From contig OX597815.1 of the NCBI GenBank assembly GCA_951406725.2, positions 37,138,001 to 37,202,000 on the forward strand: a DNA stretch of 64,000 nt, written 5' to 3'. The position numbers were made by a program, and so were the translations under genes. The DNA is from Octopus vulgaris (taxonomy: Eukaryota). How positions within the stretch are numbered: the first letter of the stretch is position 1; every line of letters starts with the position of its first letter. This document shows positions 12,589 through 26,469 of the stretch, in pieces. The notes under the pieces were generated by a model. The model saw only the letters and a program-made list of their open reading frames with translations, did no database searches and was not told where the DNA came from.

Positions 12589-12898
12589 GTCTGGTGAGAG
12601 TCATATTGCCTTGATATATTTAACACACACACCGGTTCAATTTCCATTCATTTATCTATATTTTGTCTGTTCCAAAAAGCTTTTTCGTTGAGAGTGGATA
12701 TCCATTGATTAGATTGCAAGGACAACGAAGAATCTTTTGGAACATACAAAAATAATACTAAAAAATTGATTAGTGGAAATTGAATAGATGAGTGTGTTAA
12801 ATAATATTAAGGCAATATGATTCTACTCAGACAACAAAATTTGTTTCAATACACAAATTCATTTAAAGAATCTTACAAACTAATTACAAAAGCGACAG

Positions 12899-12900
<2 letters not shown>
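12581..12900. repeat. Fold-back insert within a (TA)n tract
   Basis: 12581-12680 pairs with 12733-12840 (TCATATTGCCTTGATATATTTAACACAC / GTGTGTTAAATAATATTAAGGCAATATGA). (TA)n on both sides. Confidence 0.75.
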
Positions 12901-12955
<55 letters not shown>

Positions 12956-12956
<1 letters not shown>

Positions 12957-13886
12957 TAGCAGTATTGCCCGGCTTTGTGTGACTATTAATCGCACTGAGG
13001 AAAATCGATTAATCTGCAAAATCAATACTTTCTTACACAATGTACGTAAGTGCGCTCGTGCGTTCTATGCACGCGCGAATTAAGCTAAACTTGGATGAAG
13101 TTCAATCAAAATTCAATTATTTTGGTTTTAAAATCAAGCATTTAATGTCCTCTATTTTTGCGCTTATGTGTTCCATTTCCTCAATAGGAAGTACGTAGAA
13201 GCGTTTCATAAATTTTTGTTGATCAAATAATTGCATTGTTGAATTATTCTTTTAGATCAGTATTTCTCAACGGGGATTTCAGGTGAGAGTTTCAGGGAGT
13301 CGCTGGCGATGTATCGTGATGATCAAAAATCCGGCCTGCTAAAATTTGGTTAAGTGATTCAAACTGCAGACTCAACGCAAAATGGTCACATTTCATTCAA
13401 AGCGTTAAAAATGTTATGAAAACAATTGGTATGTGTTCACAAAATCCAAACGATTAATACGAAAAAACCATCCAGGTTACATCCCGAAAATTCATTTCTT
13501 TGCCGAATTTCTACAATGTTTACGGCGATTCGTTTTATATCTTGATTCTTATTTTTCATGTAATTTACGCATGCTTGCACGCGTGGTGAACACAGTTCAC
13601 GTCAAACAGCTGACTGAGTAAAGTTCACTATTCAATGCATGGGATAAGGCCTAAACAAACACATTATCGATTTTTTGCACTTGCGAGATGAATTTCGGAA
13701 CAGAAATAGCGCAGTTCAATTTTCATTCGCCTAAACTTTAAGTGACCCATTTTGGTGGTTCTACGACTTATTGGCTAGGAGGAGATGTGCCGGGAAGTTA
13801 AACACACAGACACACACATAGATACACACACAGACACACACACAGATACACACACAGACATACAAGTTGAGTTTTATATATATAGA
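12956..13886 (-). mobile_element. Non-autonomous Helitron
   Basis: Minus strand A|TCTATATATATAAAACTC... to ...GCCGGGCAATACTGCTAG|T, giving 5' TC, 3' CTAG and an A|T target. The subterminal hairpin is partly eroded. Same 3' terminus as 39952-40339. Confidence 0.75.
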
Positions 13887-13894
13887 TATGTGTG

Positions 13895-13955
<61 letters not shown>

Positions 13956-14062
13956 ATATTCATATTACTTATACTATTTATACATATATTAAATATAATA
14001 TCTATATATATTATATATATTATATATTACATATATATTATATATTAAATCTATATTATATA

Positions 14063-14600
14063 TACACAAGATGTTCGGGATAAATTTGATTTTTATCTCC
14101 ATTTTCTTATTCAGGAACAGACAACGGCGTTGGAGGGCATAAAGATTAAAGTTGTAGTTGAGAAAATGTTCGCTGATATGAAGGAGTGGAAACCATTTGA
14201 ATATTAGAAAAGTGTGACCTATATCATGATGATTTGTGCGGGGTGTCAAAAATGCCGTCATTATGATTGCTGCTCAATGCTCTGTGAACACTAAGACGTA
14301 AAATGAACAGCTGCAATGGAAACTACGAAGCCGTGGCCGGCAGGAAGGTATGCAGCGGGCGTTCTGACTAAGTCCACAGACCGGACTTCCTTGCTACGTC
14401 TTTGAACAGGGTCATATGCTCAATTCAGACGGCTATGTGAAGTTGTTGGAGAATGTGGTCAATCCTCGGCAAGAGAGAATCGTTACTGTATGGAAATGCG
14501 TGTGACAACAAAATTTGGTTCCTTGCCATATCTTCGGGAATAGTCAGATGTGGTTATCGAGGAATTTCTTAGACTTCACCTGCTTCTATTTTTTGGATAG
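14063..14600 (+). mobile_element. Tc1/mariner-superfamily relic, 5' portion
   Basis: TIR-like CAAGATGTTCGGGATAAATTTG resembles the TIR at 35722. Degraded frame MKEWKPFEY*...MMICAGCQ..VIMIAAQCSVNT. Right boundary approximate. Confidence 0.45.
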
Positions 14601-14969
14601 GATATTGTGTTTTCCTCGCAAATTGTCATATTTATCCCTAATATATGTATAATATTGTGTGTGTGTGTGTGTGCGTGTGTGTCTGTCTTTGTATATACAT
14701 ATGATGGTTGTCTACTCCTCATGCAGTGTCTGACCTCCTATTTAGATCCATCATGGCTTCTGATTTGGCTTTTTAAGCCAGATATTGTATTCAAAAGACT
14801 CCCACATAGATTGCATATCTAATTTGGACCACTACGAACCGCAGTTAAGTTCTTATCTCTGTGGATCTTAAAACGGATTTTGAGGCCTCCGTTAGATTTG
14901 CAGGCATTGAAAAGCGTGCGAGCAAACACACATACACACACACATACACATATACATGGATACTTGTTG

Positions 14970-15150
14970 TGTCTTTGTGCGTGTGTTTGTCCACACCACC
15001 CATTGAAAACTGATTTGTTTACGCCTTCGTATCTTAGAAATTCGGCGAGATATATAGAAAAAATAAGTACTGGGGTGGATTTGTTCGACCAAATCTCTCC
15101 AGTGCATTGTTCCAGCATAGTTGCTGTCCAATGACTGAAACAAATAGAAG
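14970..15150 (+). mobile_element. SINE family C 3' fragment; others at about 6985-7140(+), 12303-12450(+, head), 45390-45530(+)
   Basis: ATAAGTACTGGGGTGGATTTGTTCGAC...TCCAGCATAG..GC.GTCCAATGACTGAAACAA is the reverse complement of the family C tail. Confidence 0.7.
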
Positions 15151-15418
15151 ATAGAATATTTACTAGGCCATTTTCTAAGTCAGTTCTCTAAATATACTGA
15201 TTTTTTCTTTACTTTTCGACGTAAAATAATGGTGATTGTACATTGTTCCCGTAACGATAATTCTTTGGTAACTCGTAAATGTGGAGTAGTTTTCTACAGT
15301 GAAGATTTCAGCGAGATTGTAATGGCGGGTCCCACTAATAAACTGCGTAGAAAATAACTTGCTATTTGTATAGTATCGTTTCATTAGTTACCTGTCTGTC
15401 TGTCTGTCTGTCTCTCTC

Positions 15419-15458
<40 letters not shown>

Positions 15459-15568
15459 TTATACATTTACTTAATGTTCTTCCTACAAGTAAAATGAAAT
15501 GATGAAATTTCTTATGTTCGCCGCCGGCAATCATCTTTGCCAGTATATAGACATGCAGTAAGGCTTTA

Positions 15569-15615
<47 letters not shown>

Positions 15616-15759
15616 CTAATTTTTCTCTTTCCTTTTTACGATTCCTTTTGATCGAAAACCTACTCCCCTTTTTTGTTTTTTATTTCGCCCATAAAAGAAA
15701 AGCTCTATTTTGTAAATTGTCCCGTCTGTGTTCAGCCATGTGTGGCTAATAAAGAAACA

Positions 15760-15862
<103 letters not shown>

Positions 15863-15881
15863 ATATATATATAATATTCAA

Positions 15882-15915
15882 GATTAAATTAAAAAGAGAC
15901 AACAAACAGAAAATA

Positions 15916-15957
<42 letters not shown>

Positions 15958-16288
15958 ATATATATATATATATATAAAATTCTCCCCAAAACGTGTAAGA
16001 AATAAACAAACGAACATATACTAAATATACAGAGGAACAGAAAAACCAGGTCACCAATCCTTCATCAGTTATCGGCCAGAGGGTCAAACGCAATTTCAGC
16101 CATCATCAATCAACAAACCCTCTGGCCAATAACCGATGAACAGTTGCTGACCTTCTGTGTTTTCTGTTCGCCTGTGTATTTAGTATATGTTCGTTTGTTT
16201 ATTTACTAGACGTGTTTTAAAATCATATATATATATATTTATAGGTATGTCAAAATGTTCCGTTTGTTGTCTTCTTTTTATTCAATCC
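15882..16288. repeat. Imperfect palindrome (about 170-200-bp arms, about 32-bp spacer) in microsatellite context
   Basis: AAATAAACAAACGAACATATACTAAAT...TTCATCAGTTATCGGCCAGAGGGT pairs with ACCCTCTGGCCAATAACCGATGAA...ATTTAGTATATGTTCGTTTGTTTATTT. Confidence 0.85.
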
Positions 16289-16316
16289 CGAAAATATTAT
16301 TTATGTAACGCACGCA

Positions 16317-16423
<107 letters not shown>

Positions 16424-16951
16424 GCATAGCGTACACACATATGTTTGTATACTTGTATATACATACAAAGAGAAATTGAGTAAATTTGGAAAGTTTCTTA
16501 CAATGCAAAAGAGTGCATAGATATCAAAGTAACGTCAAAGTATTAAGATGGTACGTTAGGGATTATTTAATATTTCTTTCTATTTTGAGTAATATCCATC
16601 AATAGACGAAAATAGAGAAAGAACTGAATGAAATACCTTCTTGGTACTTTGATGTTTTTTCATTCTTTTACATTTTAAGAAGCTTTCCAAACAAACTCAA
16701 ATTTTGTGTAGCACAGTGCTTCAAGCAAAAAAAAAAAAGAAAGGAAAAACAAACAAAAAACACAGAAAAAGGGAAAAAGATACACATATTATACATATAT
16801 GTGTTTGTGTGGTTGTGTATGGTTGTGGAGCGTATGTATGTATGTATGTATGTATGTATGTATGTATGTATGTATGTATGTATGTATGTATGTATGTATG
16901 TGTGTATGTATGTATGTATGTATGTATGTATATATATGTATATATATATAA

Positions 16952-16997
<46 letters not shown>

Positions 16998-18310
16998 CCA
17001 TTAATAAAATTTTACCATGTTTTTAATGCTGTTCCCTCTCCATTAGTAACTGGCTCACTGCTAACCTTAAAATTCCTTTAAAATAATAACCTCTAAAATT
17101 AAAATACACACACGCGCATGTATGGTTGGATATATTGCTCTCATGGATCTATAAATAAGAAAATAGTTCATTCAACACAAAGACGTGTAATCATTCAACA
17201 AACCTTTTCTCCGAAACAGTACTGAATTTATAAGGTCAGCTTTTTGTGAAATTTCATTTCACTAACGCAGTAATAGAAAAAAAAAATCTTGAGATTATTC
17301 TGTAGAATGTTTCATAAATATATATTGATACACAAAGATATTATTGACACATGGAAATATACTTACAGGCATATATATCTGCTGTTGATACTAATGTACT
17401 CTAAGTAGTAATATATCCCAATACAGTTATCTATGAGCATAGACTCACACACACATGCAGACGCAGATATACATACAGATACGTACACACGCGTACATAA
17501 TATAAAGTCCTTCGTATTAAAATGAAATAGAGATGCAAAATTATGAATCGATTTAGTTTATGTTATAAATGGAAAACACTCTGATACAGTGGAAAGTAGT
17601 CATACAGAGAACAGTAAAGTTGGTAATCTGGCAAAATCTAAAAAGTTTCTACTCTCTATATTCTATGTGCCCAAGCAAGATATGGCGACGATGTTGGAAT
17701 TAAATTGACGAGGTAGCATGTTGTAAGAATTGCCTCATGAAGGCAACATGAAACCACTATTGCATTCTCTCACGAAAATTCCTTTTGAAAAAATGTCATC
17801 AAAGGTCGCCGTCGATTTGGTGGTATAAAAACGAGGTCTGGTGCAACATGTTTTTCCTTTAACAATTTGCAGATGCATTGAGAAGGTAGAGCATATGCGA
17901 AGAATACAATGTGTATAGATATAGCTGACATTATGCATAGAAAATGTGATGCAGGCGTTGTTATTCATGTTACACAAATTTTAATTACAACGATGATCAG
18001 TGTTTGTTGCACTGCACAGAAAATAATTTACAACAAAAGTAAATGGAGTATTTTAAATCAAAAATAAATTCTGGGAATTTTAGTATATTCTACGTTGTAA
18101 TTTCATTTATTGAATATATTGTGATTTATGAGGAAATAGAAATATACGCCAGTATTATTTTCTATTAATATTATAAATGTTCTACCAGTAAATGTTCTAT
18201 GTTGTTATTCTCTTGAAATAAAAGATTTTTTCCCTTCCCGGGCGTCATACTAATACATCTGTTTGTTGTCTACACCACCTGCCTTTTAATTTTTTTTTGG
18301 TGAATTCTCC

Positions 18311-18361
<51 letters not shown>

Positions 18362-18404
18362 ACAGAGTAAGTTAGTGGTTATTGATGCAACCCACTAAGG
18401 GATA

Positions 18405-18448
<44 letters not shown>

Positions 18449-18535
18449 ACGTATATATATATATTTACATATATATATATTTATATATGTATACGTATAT
18501 ATATATCGTATATACATTTATATATATACATGTAC

Positions 18536-18613
<78 letters not shown>

Positions 18614-19109
18614 GCATGTATATATATACATGCACACACATAACTACATACAAGTACACACATTCACATATATGTGTGTGTATATGTGTGCGTATGTGTG
18701 CGTGTGTTTCTATGCGGTTTCTGTTAGCTTTTCTCTGTCTTTATGCCAATTAAATACAGACCACAAGTGAATTTATTTGAAATGAAAATTAATCTTTAGT
18801 AATGACGTCCTGAAATGGCATATTCGGAGAAACTAAAGACATTTAAATATATTTACTATTTCATATACATTAAAACGCAATGTGTCCCCTGCCGGTCATA
18901 CTAGTAGCAGGACTAAAACTACAAACGAAGTGGGAATAGGTAAATGTCAGAAAGGCTAAGTGCAGGTGAACTGTAGTAAAAGGTCTTGCTCTGAAGTCAG
19001 TGGTATTTCAACCCAAATAAAACTGCAAATATTTGACGTAAATTGTATTTAGCCTATCATTTTTAGACATACACACATACACATATACATTCATCCATCC
19101 ATCCATCCA

Positions 19110-19149
<40 letters not shown>

Positions 19150-19212
19150 GGTCCCGGGTTGAGTCGGGGTTAACCACAGTAAATAAGGTACTCAATACAT
19201 AGCAGAGTAAAT

Positions 19213-19339
19213 TAATTTATTTTATAGAAGGAGCTTCTACAGGACTAGAACTGTTTCATTCAAAAGAAATCATCAGGAAGCTTCCTGATGATTTCTTTTG
19301 AATGAAACAGTTCTAGTCCTGTAGAAGCTCCTTCTATAA

Positions 19340-19348
<9 letters not shown>
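19213..19348. repeat. Perfect 136-bp spacerless palindrome with HHR-like cores
   Basis: 68-bp arms are exact reverse complements, centred on GGAAG|CTTCC (19280/19281). Contains CTGATGA(19285-19291)...GAAAC(19304-19308). Lies within a (TA)n tract. Confidence 0.95.
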
Positions 19349-19416
<68 letters not shown>

Positions 19417-19581
19417 GTCCCTGTTACCAAAGGCTGTATATATATGTAATGTAGCAATTTGTAACAACCAATAATTAACGCAACCAAACTTCCACATATT
19501 ACTTTTGACAATCTTTTTCCAAAGAGTGAAACCGGTAAAGTAAATAAACATCTTTTAAATTGCATTTTCAAACCTTCTTTC

Positions 19582-19630
<49 letters not shown>

Positions 19631-20532
19631 TAGAGGGCATTATTACACATAAATGCTACACGCTAGGAGGGACTCAAAGTCAAAACTACTAAAATAAATA
19701 AACATATCGTACCGAATGCAGTTCTCGAAGCAAGACATTTAAAAACAGAATGAGTGCACCGCCGTATGTTTGGAAAACTAACACACACACTCACTTTATG
19801 CAATTTGAACGTAATTGGGAATTAGGGAATGACTGAACATCAAACTTGGTCAAATAACCACACATGGAGAGATCAAATTCATATATGCAAATACATAAAG
19901 GTATAATTTATAGTATCATGAAATATATATACACATGCAGAAATATATACATGCTTGATGACGCGCGGAAGGAAGTGAATGCGTGCTAAGTGTATGCGGG
20001 ATTTTAAAACGTTGGTCTTAAAGTTAAGAATATTACCATCACAGTTCGATAGTTTTAGCCGTTACAGTACAGCTGACAAAACATTATTGCTTCTTTTCTA
20101 ATGTTTTATGGTTTAACCTGCGTTATCATAAAGTTAGTAAGTCATTATACAGGGTAATAAAATAAACTACTTATAAAATTCTTCTTTGTCTAACCAACGT
20201 ATTTTAAAAGTCAATTGAATTTAGAGTTATTTTATTCCATTAAAAGCTGAAACAATGTTTTTATTGTCAATGCCCCGGCCAGTAAAAATAAATCGATACA
20301 CACACGCACACACATGCATGGATGCATACATACATACATACATACATACATACATAATACATACATACATATATACATACATAACATATATTCTTATATA
20401 CGCGCAGAAATACACCCATGTACGCAAACACATATGGGATTACGTGTGTAAGGAATTGACTCTGTGCTGAAATGTGTGTGTGTGTGTGTGTGTTTATATG
20501 CACATATATATGTGTGAGTATGCATATACACT

Positions 20533-20616
<84 letters not shown>

Positions 20617-21367
20617 GTGAATATATCTACGAGCATCCGCTAAGAGAAGTGACTGGCTAATAAGGGAAATAAAAACGATAAATGCCGGCATTATGGGAAA
20701 TGGTGAAAGATTTATTCTCTGAAAGAGAAGCACGATTGTTTTCGAATCAATGAAATAGCACTGTCGATGCATTACTAAGAATTCCACTTTGTTTCTAATT
20801 AGTTCAGTAAAGAATTTTATATATCAATGTAATCTTAGATTTTATGATTATTTGGAAAAGAAAAAAATATATGTGGTAAAAAGAAGAGGTCTAGATAAAC
20901 ACACTTATCAAAACTTAAGCAAATAAACGGATACGGATATTCTTTTTTCAGACTCATAGAGTAGGGTGCTTATAGAACATTGTAGAAAAGCTTAATATGT
21001 ATGAAGGGATTTTAGGCAAAGCACTTCAGTTTGATGATTGTCTTTAAGATTCAGTCGAATACCCTGTGACTGATGCTGTACCGTTTCTGGACTTTATAAA
21101 CAAAATGTAATCTTTCAGGGTTAAAAATGTATTCAGCTATGAAAATCTTGCACGCACAATTAGATTCAGTTATCTGTATTATATGTTGTTAAGGAAGTGG
21201 TGTTACCGAGAGAGAGGGATAGAGAGAGAGAAAGAGTGAGTTTGAGAGAGAGAGAAAGAAAGAGAGAGACAGCATGCCTTACTTTGAGATGATAAGTTTA
21301 CTTGTTAACGTTTCATGGTTGTTGGTATATTTCAATTAAAGTCCAGTACTCCATCATTTCTTCTTAC

Positions 21368-21406
21368 CTTTGCATAGGAAATTGTTTGGCATTGAATTCA
21401 TGATCT
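21368..21406 (-). CDS. Candidate 39-nt symmetric micro-exon
   Basis: Minus CATTTCAG|AGATCATGAA...CTATGCAAAG|GTAAGA. Open frames give IMNSMPNNFLCK or DHEFNAKQFPMQ. Support is splice signals only. Confidence 0.25.
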
Positions 21407-21477
21407 CTGAAATGTGTTATGCTATTGATTTCTTAGATCTGTACAAGCCTTCATAATTGCAGAGAAGGTAAATATCT

Positions 21478-21782
21478 GGCACTCCGTCGGTTGCAACGGC
21501 GAAGGTTCCACTTGATTTAATCTACCGAGTAGTCCGCTCGTGAAATTAACTTGCAAGTGGCTGAGCGCTCCAACAGAAACTCGTACCCTTAACGTAGTCC
21601 TTAGGGAGATTCAGACTGACATTATGTGACAAAGTAAGCTCTTTGAAATAGAGGTACAACGCATTTTTGCCCGCCGTGGACTGGAGCAAACGCGAAATAA
21701 AGTGTCTGGCTCCAGGACTGTCAGGAATCGAACTGAACGACGGTGAGTCGAATATCCGAACTATTAAACCATACGCCTTCAC
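21478..21782 (-). mobile_element. Older mosaic SINE: family B head/CORE with family A tail
   Basis: 21480-21660 aligns by eye with 390-570 (CACTCCGTCGGTT..GCTCGTGAAATTAAC..AAGTGGCTGAGC). 21680-21782 aligns with 4645-4767 (CTGGAGCAA.CGCGAAATAAAGTGTCT.GCTC..CGCCTTCAC). Confidence 0.75.
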
Positions 21783-24256
21783 AGTGAAGGTAAATAAAAT
21801 TTATGCGAGAGGCATATTTTTGTCAAGCGCATGCGAGAAAGAGAAAGGAATTAAAAGTTAAGCTTACTTGGCGCTCAGCAGTAGTCCATGCAAAATTTCT
21901 GATAAAGTACAATTATTTCAGAAGGAATTTAGTTTGACTACTTGTAATCAGAAGTATTTTATGGATGCGCCATTCACTTTAGGAGAAAGGAAATGGTAGG
22001 CGAGATGCTGATAAGTGTGAAATGAAGAATCTACGTTCAGAAATTGAAGCATTGCCATTAATTGGTGCAATCGGGAGTTAATTATGTTATCATACAGTAA
22101 TCATGTTGTTTGATATCCTATTGTTATCTGTTTTACTTCAGCTGTGACGTTGAAACTAACCACGGTAGAAACCCGCAGAAAGAGAAATTACATTACTGTT
22201 GGAATGATAACTGTAATGTCATACTAAACAAAATTATAATGCTTCTGAGCAAAAACATAACTAAAGCAGAGAAGCAACATATTCGCATCATTAATTTTAA
22301 TAGGTCAATTAATAGAAATAATGGCGTTCAGATTTCAGATATTTGAAGCTTGAAAAAAGAATATTTCGAACAAACGTTGTCAATAAATTTGTAAGAATGA
22401 AGACAAATTTTCTTGATTATCTAAAATTATAATGAGATGTGAATAGTTTATAATTCAATAATTTGCTTTATGTTGCTATATCTGGCTTGGCTGGTTTCTT
22501 CAGATATTTGAATTTAATACGGAATATCATAACTATGATTTAATACTCGTATTTGCTTTCTAAAATGTTGAATATAAGCATGATTTGAGACAGGACGCTT
22601 CGCACGGTGGTTTGCTTTATCATGAAATCCGTATTGTTTAACATTCTTCTGCTATAGAGAGAACATCTTTCTGCATGTTAAATTGTAAACAATATCAATT
22701 AGATACGTTGGAATTGAAGAATATTGATATATTATTTTAGTCAAGACGACGGAGTGAAATTTAGAACGTATAATTTTCATGGATTTCTAAAGCACATTCG
22801 TGATACAAGCAAAATGAATTCAGTAAAAGATAATATCGAAATTGAATCTAGCTTGTCGACCGATCTCTTATGAACCATACTTTTGCCTTGGCCAAAGACG
22901 TCTTCGGTGAGACAACACGGAAGCCTAAAAAGAAAGAAGCAAATTCTTGATTTACTGTTAATAATACGACTCAGACGTATTGAATATTAATAACATTATA
23001 GGATACTCTGGTAATTTCAGGAAAATTTAATTTTCTTCTAATGAGTTTGTGATAATTTGATAATTGTTATTGTTGTTGTTCAGAAACAAGACAGCCCTTA
23101 TCAGAAAGATCTATCATGAAAAGCATTGTAGCATTGACTATCCTGTCACTTTATTGTGTTTATCGTTCCTTTTCAAAGGAAATAGGTTAAAGTTTGAAGA
23201 AAAATTAGTTGCTATTTCCAGTGGATTAAGCACCCGATTAAAGGTCTCAGGATCATGAATCTTTCTCAATAACTGAGAAGAGGAGAGATACTATTTACCA
23301 TGTCTTCTAACAAACTGAATTCAGATGATTAATAGCGTTTTGTGAGATTTTGACAGTGAAGAAAGAGTTTAAAACATTGAAGGTCGCACTTGATAAAAAC
23401 ATATCCATGGGGAGAAAATCATTACAACATTGTCTTGTTTTGGAAGACCGACAATTTCTAATTTGTATTGGTGATCTGAACAGAAATATGACATTAAAAA
23501 ATGCTCTATTTGTAGATTATGTGTTGGAGGAGAGCATGGGGTTTAACTACAAACCGGTACTAACTATAATACATCGATTATGTTACTTGTACATGAACGT
23601 CCATTATTTTCCTAAATGTAGCGCCTGTGTCCTTTATGTGTGCTGGTGTTTTTGAATGTAATGATTGGTAGTGTAATGACTATTTAGCATTGCTGGCAAA
23701 AAGGAATTTAGGAGTCGCCTCTTTAAGCCCTCTTTCTTTCGAGCCAAATTTCTATTTGGCTGATGTAAATTTTGAGAATTTGAGCAACTATTTTCAGGAA
23801 AGAATGAAAAGATTTGTCCATGATGCATTTGTGCATTAGACAGCACGTATTTTTGAAGAGTTATATCAACGTTATGTAGGTACAGGTTATGAAGAGTGAG
23901 AGGATAAGTTTTTGTGGTATATCATTCGGCAAAATGGTAAATTTTCCATGCGCTGCCGATAACCTATTAATAGCTTACAGATGCTAACTGTTTTACGTAT
24001 TAGTGGTTTACGGAGATAGAGGGGTAAGCTTGCTACTACACTGTGTAGTTGACAAAATCAAAAGCAAACTATGCACACGCGAGAAATAAAAATATGAAAT
24101 GGCAACAATTTACTCATCTCACGCTGTATGCATATATATATATATATATATGTTTATAAGAGATTGGTCCAGGCCATGTCCAAAGTTGGCGGCATATTTT
24201 CCACATCGTACAAATGATGTACCGCTCACGGCGGCGCTGGAGGGAGTAAAGTTTCA

Positions 24257-24600
<344 letters not shown>

Positions 24601-24635
24601 AATATTTATATATATATATATATATATATACGTGT

Positions 24636-24668
<33 letters not shown>

Positions 24669-24829
24669 CGTGTATACATACATACATATATATATATGTA
24701 TATGTATATATATATGTATATATATATATACATATACATATATATATGTATGTATATACACATATATATATATGTATGTATATATATACACATATATATA
24801 TGTATGTATATATATATATGTATGCATAT

Positions 24830-24917
<88 letters not shown>

Positions 24918-26469
24918 TATGTATATATATACATATATATATGTTTCAGTGGTTAGGGGTATGTGTTGGATTCACGAAAATAATGTTTCTGAGTTCCATT
25001 CCTGAATCATGTAGGGCCTTGTATCAGTGAGCAAGGCACATAACTTTACATTGCCTTTCTCCTTCCAAGTGTCTCATTCTCGATTAGCATCCTCCTTCTC
25101 TACGTCACATCCTTCTCGATTCCAGTTCGAGACCACAGTGTTTCTCTCAATGGAGTTTCGTAGGTACACGCTTGGACTAGCTGCACGGTTTGTTAGCTCC
25201 CATGCAAGATATTTCTATGAAACACCACACCTGTTGATGTCTGTTGACTTAATGATCCCCATATGTCGTTGGACACGTCTTGTTTTTACTCCTGCAGAGT
25301 GTCTGTAGGACACTCCTCACCTTGCAAGGTGGCGGTTTAGTCGCCGACCACCCGACCATAAAACTGGTAGTACTGATTTAAATGGTACCTGTAGCAAGAA
25401 GCGGTGTTTGCACCTGCTTGAAACCACATTAATACCCAATATTATATATTACGATCGTAATAATTTTGCTAAACGAGCTCTTCTAATGTTGACTTTCTAA
25501 ATGAATTGAAATTTAAGCGACCAAGTACAAGTGTGTAACACAAATGCAAGGAAATCAACGAATATGTCGAGAGGAAATGGATAAAATGTTATTTGCAACT
25601 ATCATAGATTCCCTCTCCATGATATTATAACTCTTACATTTCTATTTAAAATAGTACAAAATATTTGCTTAGTACGAAAGTCAAATCAATATCAGTTGGT
25701 TTTAACTTATTTGCGTCAAGAAAACTATCGGAAACAGAAGATAATATAATACGGAGACGTTTTCTGATGCATTACCTACTTAAGAAAGTGTTTCTCTTTA
25801 TACGAACGCTATAATTTTGATGAACGTATAGTTAAATAAAGTCAAATGTATCTACAAGTTGTTCAGTTTCGACTTTTGATTGAGTGAGCAGAATCAGTGA
25901 CTCTTCCAGATTTTTGTCCGATATTGTGTACCAAAGAGTTCCTTAAACGAAGTGTCTTCCTTCTTCTGAATAGAGTAGGGTATGATTTGAGAAAGAATTC
26001 GATTGATATATTTTGGAAGTGGGATAACCGCGAGAGATGTTTCTTTGTTTAAACTATAATGTTTTGTATCAAGCAATTTATTTTCCTATCCTGTTAAGCT
26101 TAAACTTTGTATCTAAGTAAGAAATCAATACTAGTGCTTCGGAATACAAATTAGCTATTGGCAAACCGATTGTTTGTTCCTGTTTCAATTACTGAAACTT
26201 GTTACAAAATTTCTTCTCTTCTCCCAACCAGCCGAAGACATTTTTGTATGCAAGAAGTATGAATGTTGTAGGAATGCGATAACCTAACAGGCTTAGTCTC
26301 CAGAATCCACTGTTTCACGAATGAAATAACAATAAGCACGAGTGACACAGATACCACTCTATTCCTGAAAGAAGTACAGAGAAGCAACGATCAAAGTTGT
26401 ACCAAAACAACAAAAATATTCAAACTTATATATCTTTGAATATATACATACATATATTCATATACATAC

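Noticed and set aside
16040-16160. GATAA-CTGATGA-AGG on the minus arm of the palindrome
   Set aside because: No downstream GAAA or cleavage triplet, so no hammerhead can form.
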